The notes beneath the pieces are model-generated. The model was not told the DNA's origin and ran no database searches. It was given only the letters and a program-made list of their open reading frames with translations. The position numbers were made by a program, and so were the translations under genes. A DNA stretch of 64,000 bases from a virus. Shown here one piece after another: positions 1-11,262 of this stretch (position 1 is its first letter; each line of letters opens with the position of its first letter). The stretch lies in IMG/VR virus record IMGVR_UViG_3300043466_002666, one strand, 5' to 3'.

Positions 1-3000
1 CAGTATTAAATGCAGGGATAATATAAAATTCAGTTCCTGCAGTTAGATTTGTAAGTAGTGGGTTAGAAACTACGAAGGTAATTTCTTCATTTGCAGTAAA
101 TTCTACTGATTGATTACTGATTGCAGCAGTAGCATTTTGGTTTAACGTAATTGTATAGGTGAAGTTAGGTGAAGTGCCAGTTCTGTTAACAGAAGAAATT
201 CTGGTTCCAGTTGGAATACTTGAATGTATTACTCTAATTCCAGGAACAAGTCCGAATGCAACTGATGCAGCACCTGTGAGAGTAAATGTATTTGAACCAC
301 TTGCAATTGTAATGTTTGCAGTTCCAACACCAGTTGTCTGATTACCAGTTAGAGGAATACCATTTAGTCTATCAAGACCTCTGGTTGATTCAATGATTGA
401 TAGAGGATCAACAACTCCAAAAATTGCTTGTTCTGATCTATTATTAATAAATGTATTTACATTATTGGCAACTTGATGTGGAGCAGCAATATTTTGGAAG
501 ATAATTCTTCCTGAAGTTTCATTAGTTTGATCATTAAAATCAGCAGTTGCTCTCTTGGTGTTAATGATTTCACCAAAGATTAGGTTATCTCCAATTCTAT
601 TTCTAGATGATGGGGTAGCAGCAGTTCCACTTGCAGTACCAACTCTAAACTTGTAGAGTTTTGGCCAGGAATCAAATGTATCATTTGTTCCTCTTCTATA
701 CCAGCTTTGAGCTATATTTCTATGTGGTAGGGAAACAATTTGACCCACTTCAAACTTCTCAGCATCTTCATTTAGAGTGTCTGCAGAGCTAGTGACATCT
801 ACATATGCTCTATTGGTTGTAGTAATACCAGTGTGAGTTAGATATGAAGTGGATAGAGTTGTGTAACCGATTGCAGCAAGTCGCTTATATGTTGATGCAG
901 TTGTATCAACTGGATCTGCAAGTTTAATTTCAGTAGCAACTAGGTTGTTAACAGAAATTGTTGGAGTTGCAACAGTTGGGTTAGTTGGATCGCCAGGCTG
1001 TAGATTCTCAGTAATATCAAGACCATCCCAATCATGAATATATGAAGGCCAATACTTGGTATTACTTCTAGTAATAGTTAGTCTATAACCAATTAGATTA
1101 TTCACAAATATTTTATTAAAGTCACAAAGTTCTAGTTCACCGATTTCACATCTACCTGCAGATGGCCAGTATCTTAGAATATTATCATCTTCAAATAGAT
1201 CAAATCTTGATACTAATTCGCCATTTGCAAGTGTTCTGTTATATGTAATATTATATGATTCTTCTTCTAGTCTTACTACTAGTGAAGTTCTGATATCCTC
1301 TGGATTTGCTGGGTTTGCATACTGATAGATGCCTAGATATGGCTTTCCAAGAGTACTCTTAGCAATCTTATAGTTTTGACCACCATACTGAATGTAGTTT
1401 CCTGGAGCAATAATGGACTTAGCACGCTGTAGTGCTGCCTTAATACCAGTTAAACTTGTTTCGATAAAGTTATTTACAATAAATGTGTTGTTAGCAACTG
1501 CAGAGATGATTTCACCTGGCTCAAACATTTCATAATCAACATCAGTGATGTTTGTTCTAACTCTTGCAGTTTCTAGAACTGTAATTTCATAGTAATCATT
1601 TCCAGTTACAGGGTATCTTAGAACATCATTTTTATTGTTATTAAGACCTAATGAAATGATATCGAAGGAAAGAATATTTCCGGCCCCATCTGTCTCTAAT
1701 AAGGCTTTAATCTTATCTCCAGATGTTTGTGTCTTATTTGTATTGGTGAATTCAATTACATTTAAACTTGATCCAGATACTCTTGGAAGAGTTGCAATTC
1801 CATTTCCTCTCTTGACAATAGACACATCTTTTGGATTTGCAAAGATTGATTTCTTTTGTGCAGAATCAAAACCTAGTTCATACTTGGAATAAGTGGTTCC
1901 GTCAGCATTTGCAATCTTCTTGTATCTAGTTGTTAGAGTTGCAAGATAGTTAAATCTCTGTGATGGAATAAAGTTGGTTAGAAGTTGTAGTTGGAAACCA
2001 GACCAGTCAGTAATATTCGCAGTAGAATCATAGTTATTATATTCAATATTTCCAGAATATGTAATTTCAAAGTATGCAGTAGTTCCCTGCTTATAGAAGT
2101 TAAATGTTAAAACAATAGCAAGTACTGAGTCTACATTACCACCTCTTACAATTTTGGTGTAGTTAGGATAAACGTTTTTAGCAATTAATTCTGCTTTATC
2201 CTTTTGAGTTTGAGTATCATAAGGTAAGGTGAACACAAGTGTCTTGGAATTTAAAATCTTACTTGAGTCAGGATGTCCACCAGATACTCCTGCAGCAATA
2301 TTAATAAATGTATTATTAAATCTTAAATTATTTCCATCTAGACTTGAAGAAGTGCTTCCACTATAAGAAATATTCTGAGTTGTAAACTTCTCATCTAGAA
2401 TAACAGTTGTCTTGAATGATGTATTATTGGAATCATATTTAGGAATTGCAGAAATAGTTTGAATTGGGAATGTTCTGGAGTCATAGTCAACCCTCTTGCC
2501 TGATGGCAGGAAGTTTGGCTCGATGTAAAGATTATTAGACTTAGAGAATGTGGTATAATACTTGAAGAGAATATCATCTCTACTTACATTAATTCTCTTG
2601 AAATCATTATTTCCAATTGCATTAATAACAGTAGTTCCTCTTGGCTCAATGAGATCTACAGAGTGACCATATCCAAACTTATTGGTTGCAATGAGTCTAT
2701 TTGCAAGTGGTGAAGTTGCAGAATTATCATTTCCAGAATATAATAATGAAGACCAATCAAGAGTTAGATTTCCTCTAATTCTTACGCCATTAATGAAGAT
2801 TTGACCATTATTTGTGGAAATGATGCCACCATGATATGCACCGCCATATGTGTTTGAAACATCTGATGCGTCTGAGAATGCACCAATTGTAACATCAGAA
2901 AGTCTGATTTCATTGGTACTACCAGGAATTCCATTGATCTTGATTAAGCTTGCACCTAGATTTCCTACTGATGGAGCTGCAGTAGTTGGGAACTTCTTAC

Positions 3001-6000
3001 GAGTTACTCTATAGCTATTTGCATAGTTGATAAATACCTTTCTACCTCTTGTATCCATTCCAGAGCCACTAAGTCTATAACCAGAGCCAGCTTGAGATAG
3101 GTTGTACTTAGCAATTCTTTCAAATTCTTGGTCACTTACGAATCCAGTAGTTCTTCTTCTATCTTGACCAATTGTAACACCATCAATTGTAAATACCTGA
3201 CCATCAAGTAATGCATAACCATTAATATCTGCATAGCTAAATCCAGAGAATGCACCGAGAACTGAAGAATTTGCTCCAGAGTTATCTGGGTGTGATGCAA
3301 CTGCAGAAGCATTCACTTCAAGTAGATAGTATCTTTCATTCTGCCTACCATAAAGTCTTCTAAAACCGTTGGGGAATACTGGAACTGTTATACTATACTC
3401 TTCATTATTATTTCCAATTTGTACAGTGATTGAAGTATGCTTTGCCATATCAAACCACTGTGGGTAGATCTTCTTGGCAGGAACAATTGAACCAACTGTA
3501 ATTGTAATGTTATTTGAAGAGCTTCCTCCGAGTGAGGTGCCTGGAATTGTTAGAATATCTCCAATTTTATATCCAGAACCTGGAGTTGCAACTGTTACTG
3601 ATGTATATGCACCACCACTTCTAGTTACATTAAAGGTTGCTCCTGTTGAACCTGCGGTGCCACCTGTAGCAGCAACTGCAAGATAAGTTTGATCTCCAGT
3701 AACTGCAAAACCAAGTCTGCTGAAGGAGTTAACTCCGCCGAATGATGCACTTGGATTTAGGTCAATTACGAGGTTGATTGTATCTCTCTGATATCCCGCA
3801 ACGATACCAAAGATTTCTGGAGTATCGAATTCTGTATCATCATAACCTTCACCAGATGAAGTATATGACTTGGGTAGGAATTCTCTTCTCTTCTCTAGAC
3901 ACCAGTTGTAAGTTAGTGAAACAAACTCATCACCATCACGGTTGGTAAATACTAGATATACACCATCAGATAGATTGGTTGCAGATGTAAAATCAATATC
4001 CTCATCAGCAGAAGATCTTCCATCAGTTGGATCATATAGAGCACAAATAAGTTCAATTCCTGTCAAAGTAGAACCACTAATTACTTTTTTGACATCAAGA
4101 ACTTTTGTCTTCTTGGTTGATGCAGTTACACTTCCGGTTGTTGCATTTGGGAAGTAATACATGGTTGTGCCAGGAATTACATAATCTCTTAACCAATTAA
4201 ATTTCTGTAAATCAGAAGAAGTTGTGAAGTTAGATGCAGTGAATACAAACTTGATAAATCTTGAATCTTTTGAAATAAAAGTTGTTGAGTCTACAGTTGG
4301 ATTTACAATAGCACCAGAAGCATCAGTTAGAGTTTGATTATTCACATAGTATGAGAACAGACCCTTACCTGCAGATGCAGAATTATAAGTTGTATGGAAT
4401 GCAAGACCACCTTGAATATTTGCAGTTGATGCAGGGAATCCAGCAGATTGTTTTACATACCATGCCTTTCTAACTCTTCTTCTTGCAACGATTGTTGAAG
4501 GATCTGATGAGTAAGAATTATCAAGAATTTCATTTCTTGTAATTGCTTCGTTTAGACCTAGGAAGTGAATATTGGAAATGTTTAGTCCGCCAGTCGAGGT
4601 AATGTTGTCTCCAATGCTTGAAACATAGAGGTTATCAGTTCTTCCTCCCCAGGTATTTGAGAATCCAGGACTTCTGAAGAAGCTTACAGAGTCTCCAGAC
4701 TTAACTTCACTTAGGGAGTATCCGCCAATTCTACCAGCAGATCTCTTAGCGAATTCTTTAGAGTACTGTTCACTAGTTGATTGTACACCGGAACCATTGA
4801 TGACTAGTTTACATGGGAAGTTAGCACCAGTTAGTCTGTAATATCCAGGCTTCATGATGAGTTCCACTTCATCATTTGGACCAAATGATTGATCAGTTGC
4901 AAATTTAGCAACCTGAGTTAGATTTTCAAATGGTTGGAAAGTCTTAACAGCACGCTTAGTTTGTAGGTTTGCACCTAGAGCCTTAGATGTAACTGGGTTT
5001 GGAACAATTGAATCTGTATACTTAGTATCAATATCGCCAGTGTATGGAACTGGTTTCTGTGGTAGAGTATATAGAGTTGCACTTTCAATGTCTACATCTT
5101 CACTGATTGATTCTACATCTGGAATAAATGCAGTCTCAAATGTCCACTTATCTCCATAAGATGCATAAGTTTGACAACCAGTAAAGAAGATTTTGGTAGC
5201 TGAATCATCAATATAAGTTACATTGTTATCTCCACTTGATTGAGTATCAACTCTTCTGAGTAAGCAAAGTTGATTTGCAAAAGATGAAGTCTTGAAGTAG
5301 ATGAATGTAGTATATCTTACATTTCCAGAAACACTGTTTCTGATTGTTACTGCACCTCTTGTTGGAATTGCATTCCAGAAGTTTGAATCAACGGAGATTC
5401 TTACCGAGGTATCTCTTACAGGAGTGTCAACAATATTAGATGCAACATTTTGACCTAAAGTTCCTCTTACATATTGTGTATCAGCAATTGCAACATCATC
5501 GCCAATTACTGAAAGTACAGATGAATAATTCCTTAGAATTGTATGTAGATTGTACTGTGAAGATTTTGGAAGTACACTAGTTACATAGTCATAATATGAC
5601 ATGTAGTTTTGTGTTGATGAAATACTAATAGTATTATTAGTGTAATCTATATCATCATACTGTAGAGAAATATTAATTGTTGGATTGAAGTAGTACTTAA
5701 CTCCACCAACAGTTACATAGTCTTCAGAAGTAACTTGAGCAAGAGTCATTTCAAGATCAATTCTACCAAATGGAGGCATACCACTTGTATCAACAAGTCT
5801 TAGTCTATCAATTGCATAGAATGTTCCATTAGATACTGTGGAGAATGTAGCTCCAGTTAGAGTTACTTGAGTTCCACTATCTACTGTTGCAATGGTTGCT
5901 TCTCCAACGATGCCTACACCAGTTAGATTTGCAATCTTCATTCCAGGATACATTGCTGCAGTGCTTGAAATACCACTTAGAATACCACCAGTGGTTAGAC

Positions 6001-9000
6001 TTGCATTAAATGTAGTTGGAACAGTTAAACCAGTTACTGAGTCTAATTGAACAGAGTTTAGGAATGTTCTGCTTAATGGTTCAATATAAATTCTATTGTT
6101 GTCTAGGTTCACATTAGATGCAGATAGAATCTTCTTCTTGATTCTCCATGCATCGAGGAACTTAGGTGAAACATAGAGTCGATCATTGGTATCAGTTGCA
6201 ATATATCCAGTTTTCTCTGGTCTTGCACCCTTAGTGAAACCATAACCTTCTGGACCACCTTCTGGGAACTTCTCGCCATTGAGAATCTTATTGTTCGCAA
6301 TGAACATTCTATCTGTTACATACAGAGTCTGAATGTTAGCTCTGTCAGAAACAGTCAGTCTTGCAGTAGTAAAGAAGTTTGATAGGCCCTTGAGTAAGTT
6401 CTGTGATGCAGTGTTTCTTGCAGTAGTTGCAATTACATTGATAACAGTGTTGGCAATTCTGTTCTCAATATCTGATACATCAACACTATTAGATTCTGAA
6501 GATTTACGAACCTTAGGAACATTAAGTGTAGTGGATGACTGACCACCTGCCTGAATAACTTGGTTTCCAATGTAGAAGTCACCTTGAGAGTTTGTACCAG
6601 ATGAAGCAACGAAACCACCTGCGTTTTCGTAACCTTGAACGATGAACTGTTCGTATGCTTTGAGAACTCTAGTCTGTAGATTTGGGAAACCAGTTGAGTA
6701 GTTACCGGGACCAATACCGATATATTCCCAAGTGTGTGAAGAAGCACGGAGAATAGATGGTCTATAAAGTGGTATAGTTGGTGCAAGTGAGAGTAAAGTA
6801 TCTGATTCGTTGTCTACTGTAGCTCCGCTAGAAATTGATGTGGTGCTTGAAAATACACAAACAATCTTTCTTGATTCTTCATCAGATTGAATACCATAAG
6901 CGTTATCATCTGCAGATGCACTAAATGTTCTGCCAGAACCAATTCTATAACTGCTTCCATAGGTATTGAATGAAGTTGAGATAGTTGAGAAGCTGGCCTT
7001 ACCACTTCTGCTATCCCATGCAGCAACTGGTGCGACATCAATTGAAGTAGTAGTTGCAGCGTCTCTGGTTGCATAGCAAAGATTGAGTGCTCGTACAAGT
7101 CTATGGGCTGCTTCTGCAGTTACAGAAGTCATTGCAGGAACTTCTGCAAATGGAGTACCAGACTGACCACTATGATAATACTTTTTGTTTGGAACAGAAA
7201 CATCTTTTGCTCTATATCCACCAGTATTTGCACCATTGCCAAATACATATTCAACCATACAACGGGAATCCATTTGTGGTGGGTTCCAGAGTACTCTTGG
7301 GTTGGTAATATTTCCTTCTTCGTTGGTTGATGGATATAAGTAGTTTATATTAGACTGTACTCTATAATTGTTATCATTTCTGTAAAGCTCAGAAAGATTA
7401 TCTGCAACAATTGTCTGAAATTCGTCATCACGGGTGATAGTGACAGGAGTATTCTTGTAATTTCCAATGTCTCCATCAACAAATCTATCAATATCTGCTC
7501 TAAGAATAGTTAGATAGTATACTCCATCACGAATTCCTCTTTCCCAAGAATCAATTTCTTGGACATCATAAACCATGAAACGATAATTTGCATATGGAAT
7601 TCCATCTGGATCATTTCCGCCAGCAGTTCCTTTAATGATAAATCTTTTTTCAGGTGGCTTTGGAGTTACTGCAGTGGTTTTAGGAATTACATACTTAACT
7701 CTCCAGAGAAGATCATTTGGAACAGATCCTCTGGTATCTACAAACTTAGCAGAAGTCACTGAGCCAGGGAATGATTCCCAATAGGTTAGAACATTAATAT
7801 CTTCAGTAACTGAAACTACTTGGCTGCTTCCATCAGCAAGAGTTTCAGTTTTGGTGGTAAATTGAGTTTCAATAGTTTGTGAGAATAGGAAGTCAGAAAC
7901 ATATGTTCTTGATGAAGCATATGTAGGATTAATTTTTAGATATACTTTCTGTCTTGCAGGATCCCAGAAATAACCAATACGCTGATTATTATTTGGAACT
8001 TGGGAAGTTGAATCTCCAGTACCAGCAGTTAGCTGTAGAACTGCTTCATAAGTTGAAATGCCACCATTAGCATTGTCTACTTGGTTTGCAATTTTACAAT
8101 CTGCTTCTGCAAGTAAACCAGTTGCAGTATAGTATTCTCTGAAGAGATTGTAGTTATTGTTTGCACCGAAGGTTAGGAATCTCTTGGTTATAGTAGAACC
8201 ATTATTAACATCAGTGGTTTCAATTACAAGTTCTGGAATGTCATCTTCGCTGAGAACTCCAGGAATATCCAGATATACTTTAAATGAGTTGCCAGTTGCT
8301 GAGCTAAAGTTAATTTTTGCTTGCTTCCAATCTTGTTCTGCCTTTGTAGCAGATTCACCTAGGTTTGCTCTCCAAGTCTCTGTAGCATTAATTGGGTATA
8401 ATTCAGTGAACTGTGAAGTTCTATTGATACCTGCAGGTGGAATGAGTGCAGTAATCTTACCAGATGCAGATGGAGGATCGACCTGGAACTTATTACCAAC
8501 TGCTCTGAGTGAAATTTGACCGAAGTTGGAGTTAGAGTTGGTGATAGACATATCACCACCATTAACTGCCAAAAATTGATCAGCGTAACCAACAGCAAAA
8601 ACAGATACTACCTGAATGAAAGCTCCGTTGGATGCTTTGATGTGGAAATGTCTCCAATCATGCTTATACTCAGCATCTGGATCTGCATAGATTGGACCTC
8701 TGTTTGATGCAGAATCATCTTGAGTTGCGATGTTGCGTACTGTATCACCAGCTGCAAATGTAGTTCCAGAATCTGTGTAAACCTTACCAGTTGCGTTTCT
8801 TGGTTGCCAGTATGCAGTTGGATCTTTCTGTAGTGAGATACCAGTGAACTGAGCAACAACCATGGACTTGAAGCTACTCTCTTTTACTTTACTGCCATCG
8901 GTATGCATACCGCAAAGACCGAGGACAGAGCGAAGTGAGCAGTTGAAGATGTATGGTGAGCAAGAGTTTACAGTATCAATAGTAGTCTTTCTTGAAGAAT

Positions 9001-10516
9001 CTCCAACGATTTCGTATTCTTCAGTTCGTACTTCTCTTGTACCAGTTTCACCTAGAGCTTGTGCCCAAGCATCAATTCTCTTATAATATCTTTCTAGTTC
9101 ACCATCAGTAGTTCTTTGGTCTGCATATGTAAATGCAACTACTCTATGGTGAGAATAGTTTGAATTTGCTGCATTAGTGAATGAAGGAATGCCGCTTCCG
9201 CCATATGTTACAGAATTGATAGGAGTTGTAGCAGAATCTTTAAATGTCATCTGCCAGAAATAACAACCACCAGTTACCTTGAAGATTGAAGTCTGGTAAC
9301 CGACACCCACTACTTTTTTGTAGAGTGAAGTATATGTATCTGGGTTGTCGATAATGCCAGTAACGATACCCATGAGGCTTGCAATTGCAGACTCTGCAGT
9401 TGCACAACCCGCATCATAGGTATTTCCGGTGGAATAATCTACGCCAGCAGTAAATGTTGGCCTGTTAATTGTCTTGCCAGATGTAATTTCAGTATACTCA
9501 TACTGATCAGGAGTATTAGCATTACTCCATGCATTGATGGCAGAGATCATGATATCTCTTGCCTTGTTAAATGCTGCAATAGTAGCAGCCTTTTCATTGG
9601 TTCCAGTAATGTGCTGAAGAGCAGTACCGTTGGTATAGAATTCACCCGCTACAAATGAATTTGCGTTGCCACCCTCTCTAAGGTCTCCAATTACTGCGTC
9701 TACAATATATCCAAGGTCTCTCTTGCATGTTTCATTTATTTTTGAAACAGATGGATATTGTTGTTGTGCAAATAGGAATGCTTGTTCTACAATATATCCT
9801 CTTGACTTTTCAACCATATTAGCAGCATCATATATGACACCGCTAATTACATAGTTATCGCTTGAAATGCTTCCGTCATTAGAAACTGGAGATGGAACAT
9901 ACTTAGGACGAATTACAGTTTTTCTAAGATCATAACCGACGATAGAAGTACCTCTTGGTACGATAACACCACCGTTTCTTGGGTTGAATCTGTAAACTTC
10001 ATTACTAATATCAGTTAGCCCAGTAACTGGGTTTGTGACTACATCATATCCAGGTCTGTTATCAATGGTGTAATCACCCGGAAGAACCATAATGGTGTAT
10101 GCTTCAAACTTATCGTTTGCTGCACCAGCAACATAGCTTTTTCTGGACGCTTCAAGAAGTGCTCTCTCAATTGTTTTAAATGGCTGGTTAAGGTTACCAC
10201 CATTATTGCTTAAAGCGTCAGTAGCATTTTTGTCTGACTGGCTAACATATAGAACTACATTTCTGGAGTTTTCAAAATCTGGGTTAGTACCACCAAGAGC
10301 AGTATTATTTCCTGTAACAATACTTCCGTCTGCCTTAAAAGTTAATCTAGGTTGACCTGCAGTAGAAATTGAAAGTTCATTTGTCCCTGGGCTGTAGATA
10401 CCAGTCTGAGGACTACCTTCAAAACTTATAGCAGGAGCTGTTGGAGTATTATTACTATCGAACTTAATTACTATACCTTCCGCAATGCCACCAGATGTAA
10501 TTCTAGTTAGAGCCAT
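1..10516 (-). CDS. Giant virion structural / tail-fibre-like protein (>3500 aa), 3' end beyond window
   Basis: ATG at 10516 (MALTRITSGGIAEG...) lies downstream of late promoter TATAAATA (10550-10557). The same frame is still protein-like at the window edge (...FYIIPAFNT). The ORF track reports no terminated ORF in this frame, which implies no internal stop. Motifs YVSQSDKNATD...QPFKTIERALLEA...IMVLPGDY and GGVIVPRGTSIVGYDLRKT are typical of cyanophage fibre/beta-helix proteins. Confidence 0.8.
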   Translation of the reverse strand, partial: MALTRITSGGIAEGIVIKFDSNNTPTAPAISFEGSPQTGIYSPGTNELSISTAGQPRLTFKADGSIVTGNNTALGGTNPDFENSRNVVLYVSQSDKNATDALSNNGGNLNQPFKTIERALLEASRKSYVAGAANDKFEAYTIMVLPGDYTIDNRPGYDVVTNPVTGLTDISNEVYRFNPRNGGVIVPRGTSIVGYDLRKTVIRPKYVPSPVSNDGSISSDNYVISGVIYDAANMVEKSRGYIVEQAFLFAQQQYPSVSKINETCKRDLGYIVDAVIGDLREGGNANSFVAGEFYTNGTALQHITGTNEKAATIAAFNKARDIMISAINAWSNANTPDQYEYTEITSGKTINRPTFTAGVDYSTGNTYDAGCATAESAIASLMGIVTGIIDNPDTYTSLYKKVVGVGYQTSIFKVTGGCYFWQMTFKDSATTPINSVTYGGSGIPSFTNAANSNYSHHRVVAFTYADQRTTDGELERYYKRIDAWAQALGETGTREVRTEEYEIVGDSSRKTTIDTVNSCSPYIFNCSLRSVLGLCGMHTDGSKVKESSFKSMVVAQFTGISLQKDPTAYWQPRNATGKVYTDSGTTFAAGDTVRNIATQDDSASNRGPIYADPDAEYKHDWRHFHIKASNGAFIQVVSVFAVGYADQFLAVNGGDMSITNSNSNFGQISLRAVGNKFQVDPPSASGKITALIPPAGINRTSQFTELYPINATETWRANLGESATKAEQDWKQAKINFSSATGNSFKVYLDIPGVLSEDDIPELVIETTDVNNGSTITKRFLTFGANNNYNLFREYYTATGLLAEADCKIANQVDNANGGISTYEAVLQLTAGTGDSTSQVPNNNQRIGYFWDPARQKVYLKINPTYASSRTYVSDFLFSQTIETQFTTKTETLADGSSQVVSVTEDINVLTYWESFPGSVTSAKFVDTRGSVPNDLLWRVKYVIPKTTAVTPKPPEKRFIIKGTAGGNDPDGIPYANYRFMVYDVQEIDSWERGIRDGVYYLTILRADIDRFVDGDIGNYKNTPVTITRDDEFQTIVADNLSELYRNDNNYRVQSNINYLYPSTNEEGNITNPRVLWNPPQMDSRCMVEYVFGNGANTGGYRAKDVSVPNKKYYHSGQSGTPFAEVPAMTSVTAEAAHRLVRALNLCYATRDAATTTSIDVAPVAAWDSRSGKASFSTISTSFNTYGSSYRIGSGRTFSASADDNAYGIQSDEESRKIVCVFSSTTSISSGATVDNESDTLLSLAPTIPLYRPSILRASSHTWEYIGIGPGNYSTGFPNLQTRVLKAYEQFIVQGYENAGGFVASSGTNSQGDFYIGNQVIQAGGQSSTTLNVPKVRKSSESNSVDVSDIENRIANTVINVIATTARNTASQNLLKGLSNFFTTARLTVSDRANIQTLYVTDRMFIANNKILNGEKFPEGGPEGYGFTKGARPEKTGYIATDTNDRLYVSPKFLDAWRIKKKILSASNVNLDNNRIYIEPLSRTFLNSVQLDSVTGLTVPTTFNASLTTGGILSGISSTAAMYPGMKIANLTGVGIVGEATIATVDSGTQVTLTGATFSTVSNGTFYAIDRLRLVDTSGMPPFGRIDLEMTLAQVTSEDYVTVGGVKYYFNPTINISLQYDDIDYTNNTISISSTQNYMSYYDYVTSVLPKSSQYNLHTILRNYSSVLSVIGDDVAIADTQYVRGTLGQNVASNIVDTPVRDTSVRISVDSNFWNAIPTRGAVTIRNSVSGNVRYTTFIYFKTSSFANQLCLLRRVDTQSSGDNNVTYIDDSATKIFFTGCQTYASYGDKWTFETAFIPDVESISEDVDIESATLYTLPQKPVPYTGDIDTKYTDSIVPNPVTSKALGANLQTKRAVKTFQPFENLTQVAKFATDQSFGPNDEVELIMKPGYYRLTGANFPCKLVINGSGVQSTSEQYSKEFAKRSAGRIGGYSLSEVKSGDSVSFFRSPGFSNTWGGRTDNLYVSSIGDNITSTGGLNISNIHFLGLNEAITRNEILDNSYSSDPSTIVARRRVRKAWYVKQSAGFPASTANIQGGLAFHTTYNSASAGKGLFSYYVNNQTLTDASGAIVNPTVDSTTFISKDSRFIKFVFTASNFTTSSDLQKFNWLRDYVIPGTTMYYFPNATTGSVTASTKKTKVLDVKKVISGSTLTGIELICALYDPTDGRSSADEDIDFTSATNLSDGVYLVFTNRDGDEFVSLTYNWCLEKRREFLPKSYTSSGEGYDDTEFDTPEIFGIVAGYQRDTINLVIDLNPSASFGGVNSFSRLGFAVTGDQTYLAVAATGGTAGSTGATFNVTRSGGAYTSVTVATPGSGYKIGDILTIPGTSLGGSSSNNITITVGSIVPAKKIYPQWFDMAKHTSITVQIGNNNEEYSITVPVFPNGFRRLYGRQNERYYLLEVNASAVASHPDNSGANSSVLGAFSGFSYADINGYALLDGQVFTIDGVTIGQDRRRTTGFVSDQEFERIAKYNLSQAGSGYRLSGSGMDTRGRKVFINYANSYRVTRKKFPTTAAPSVGNLGASLIKINGIPGSTNEIRLSDVTIGAFSDASDVSNTYGGAYHGGIISTNNGQIFINGVRIRGNLTLDWSSLLYSGNDNSATSPLANRLIATNKFGYGHSVDLIEPRGTTVINAIGNNDFKRINVSRDDILFKYYTTFSKSNNLYIEPNFLPSGKRVDYDSRTFPIQTISAIPKYDSNNTSFKTTVILDEKFTTQNISYSGSTSSSLDGNNLRFNNTFINIAAGVSGGHPDSSKILNSKTLVFTLPYDTQTQKDKAELIAKNVYPNYTKIVRGGNVDSVLAIVLTFNFYKQGTTAYFEITYSGNIEYNNYDSTANITDWSGFQLQLLTNFIPSQRFNYLATLTTRYKKIANADGTTYSKYELGFDSAQKKSIFANPKDVSIVKRGNGIATLPRVSGSSLNVIEFTNTNKTQTSGDKIKALLETDGAGNILSFDIISLGLNNNKNDVLRYPVTGNDYYEITVLETARVRTNITDVDYEMFEPGEIISAVANNTFIVNNFIETSLTGIKAALQRAKSIIAPGNYIQYGGQNYKIAKSTLGKPYLGIYQYANPANPEDIRTSLVVRLEEESYNITYNRTLANGELVSRFDLFEDDNILRYWPSAGRCEIGELELCDFNKIFVNNLIGYRLTITRSNTKYWPSYIHDWDGLDITENLQPGDPTNPTVATPTISVNNLVATEIKLADPVDTTASTYKRLAAIGYTTLSTSYLTHTGITTTNRAYVDVTSSADTLNEDAEKFEVGQIVSLPHRNIAQSWYRRGTNDTFDSWPKLYKFRVGTASGTAATPSSRNRIGDNLIFGEIINTKRATADFNDQTNETSGRIIFQNIAAPHQVANNVNTFINNRSEQAIFGVVDPLSIIESTRGLDRLNGIPLTGNQTTGVGTANITIASGSNTFTLTGAASVAFGLVPGIRVIHSSIPTGTRISSVNRTGTSPNFTYTITLNQNATAAISNQSVEFTANEEITFVVSNPLLTNLTAGTEFYIIPAFNT

Positions 10517-10549
10517 ATATTTACCTTGAGAGAGGCTAAAAACTAGATT

Positions 10550-10557
10550 TATTTATA
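10550..10557 (-). promoter_or_regulatory. T4-type late promoter TATAAATA
   Basis: Exact gp55 consensus about 35 nt upstream of the giant ORF start. Confidence 0.75.
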
Positions 10558-10567
10558 CAATTTATTC

Positions 10568-10903
10568 TTATCTATCGAAGCAATTCATGCTATATTCTGT
10601 TGGTTTTAGGAAGTTTATGATGTGTAAAAGGGCTAAATCTGGCTTGGAATTTCCGCAGGTAAAAACGTCTAATGCGACACTACCATCTTCTGGCCAAGTA
10701 TGTATTGAAATATGACTTTCGGACAATAAAGCAACAATTGTTACTCCTTGTGGAGTAAATTTATGTGAAGATATTTCTAAAAGAGTTGCTTCTGCAATAT
10801 CTATAGATTCTCGTATTAGTTCTTTTAGAACCTTTTCATCATCGAGAATAGTATGGTTGCAGCCATATAATTCTGCAACACAATGCTTTCCTAACTTTTT
10901 CAA
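10568..10903 (-). CDS. speD: S-adenosylmethionine decarboxylase proenzyme
   Basis: GKHCVAELYGC and FTPQGVT...LSESHISIHTWPE...DVFTCG, including the ES-H autocleavage motif. Confidence 0.95.
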   Translation of the reverse strand: MKKLGKHCVAELYGCNHTILDDEKVLKELIRESIDIAEATLLEISSHKFTPQGVTIVALLSESHISIHTWPEDGSVALDVFTCGNSKPDLALLHIINFLKPTEYSMNCFDR

Positions 10904-11013
10904 GCTCTTACTAGTATAACGGATAATTTATTTATTACCAAAAAACCTCAATGAATAAAAATTCTGGGGAATTTTTTTGGGGCTATTTGGTAACTAAAAG
11001 TCAATTTTGATTT

Positions 11014-11199
11014 TTAGTATGTGTACTTGATCATATCTTCGGTTAGTGAACCATTGATAAATGCACACATGTTAGTAAAGTCTTGGGCGTCTGGTTCATG
11101 TAGCTTTAGGTATTCACCATCGTCTCCATGAAGATGGATAGTCCTTGATAGCATGTCCACTTCAACACGATTTAGAGTTGAGTTATCTCGGATGTTCAT
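11014..11199 (-). CDS. Hypothetical protein (61 aa, start revised to MNIRD)
   Basis: The longer track ORF overlaps a sigma70 promoter; ATG at 11199 lies downstream of it. Confidence 0.6.
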   Translation of the reverse strand: MNIRDNSTLNRVEVDMLSRTIHLHGDDGEYLKLHEPDAQDFTNMCAFINGSLTEDMIKYTY

Positions 11200-11221
11200 A
11201 CAAAGTCTCCAGTACCAACCT

Positions 11222-11250
11222 AGTATAGCACGATACCTGGCGGCTGTCAA
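11222..11250 (-). promoter_or_regulatory. Sigma70-type early promoter
   Basis: TTGACA-17 nt-TATACT with extended TG. Confidence 0.75.
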
Positions 11251-11262
11251 GCCCCCCTCGGA

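Noticed and set aside
159-9854. Many 60-120 aa ORFs on both strands in the first 10 kb
   Set aside because: They are antisense or off-frame shadows of the single giant minus-strand ORF
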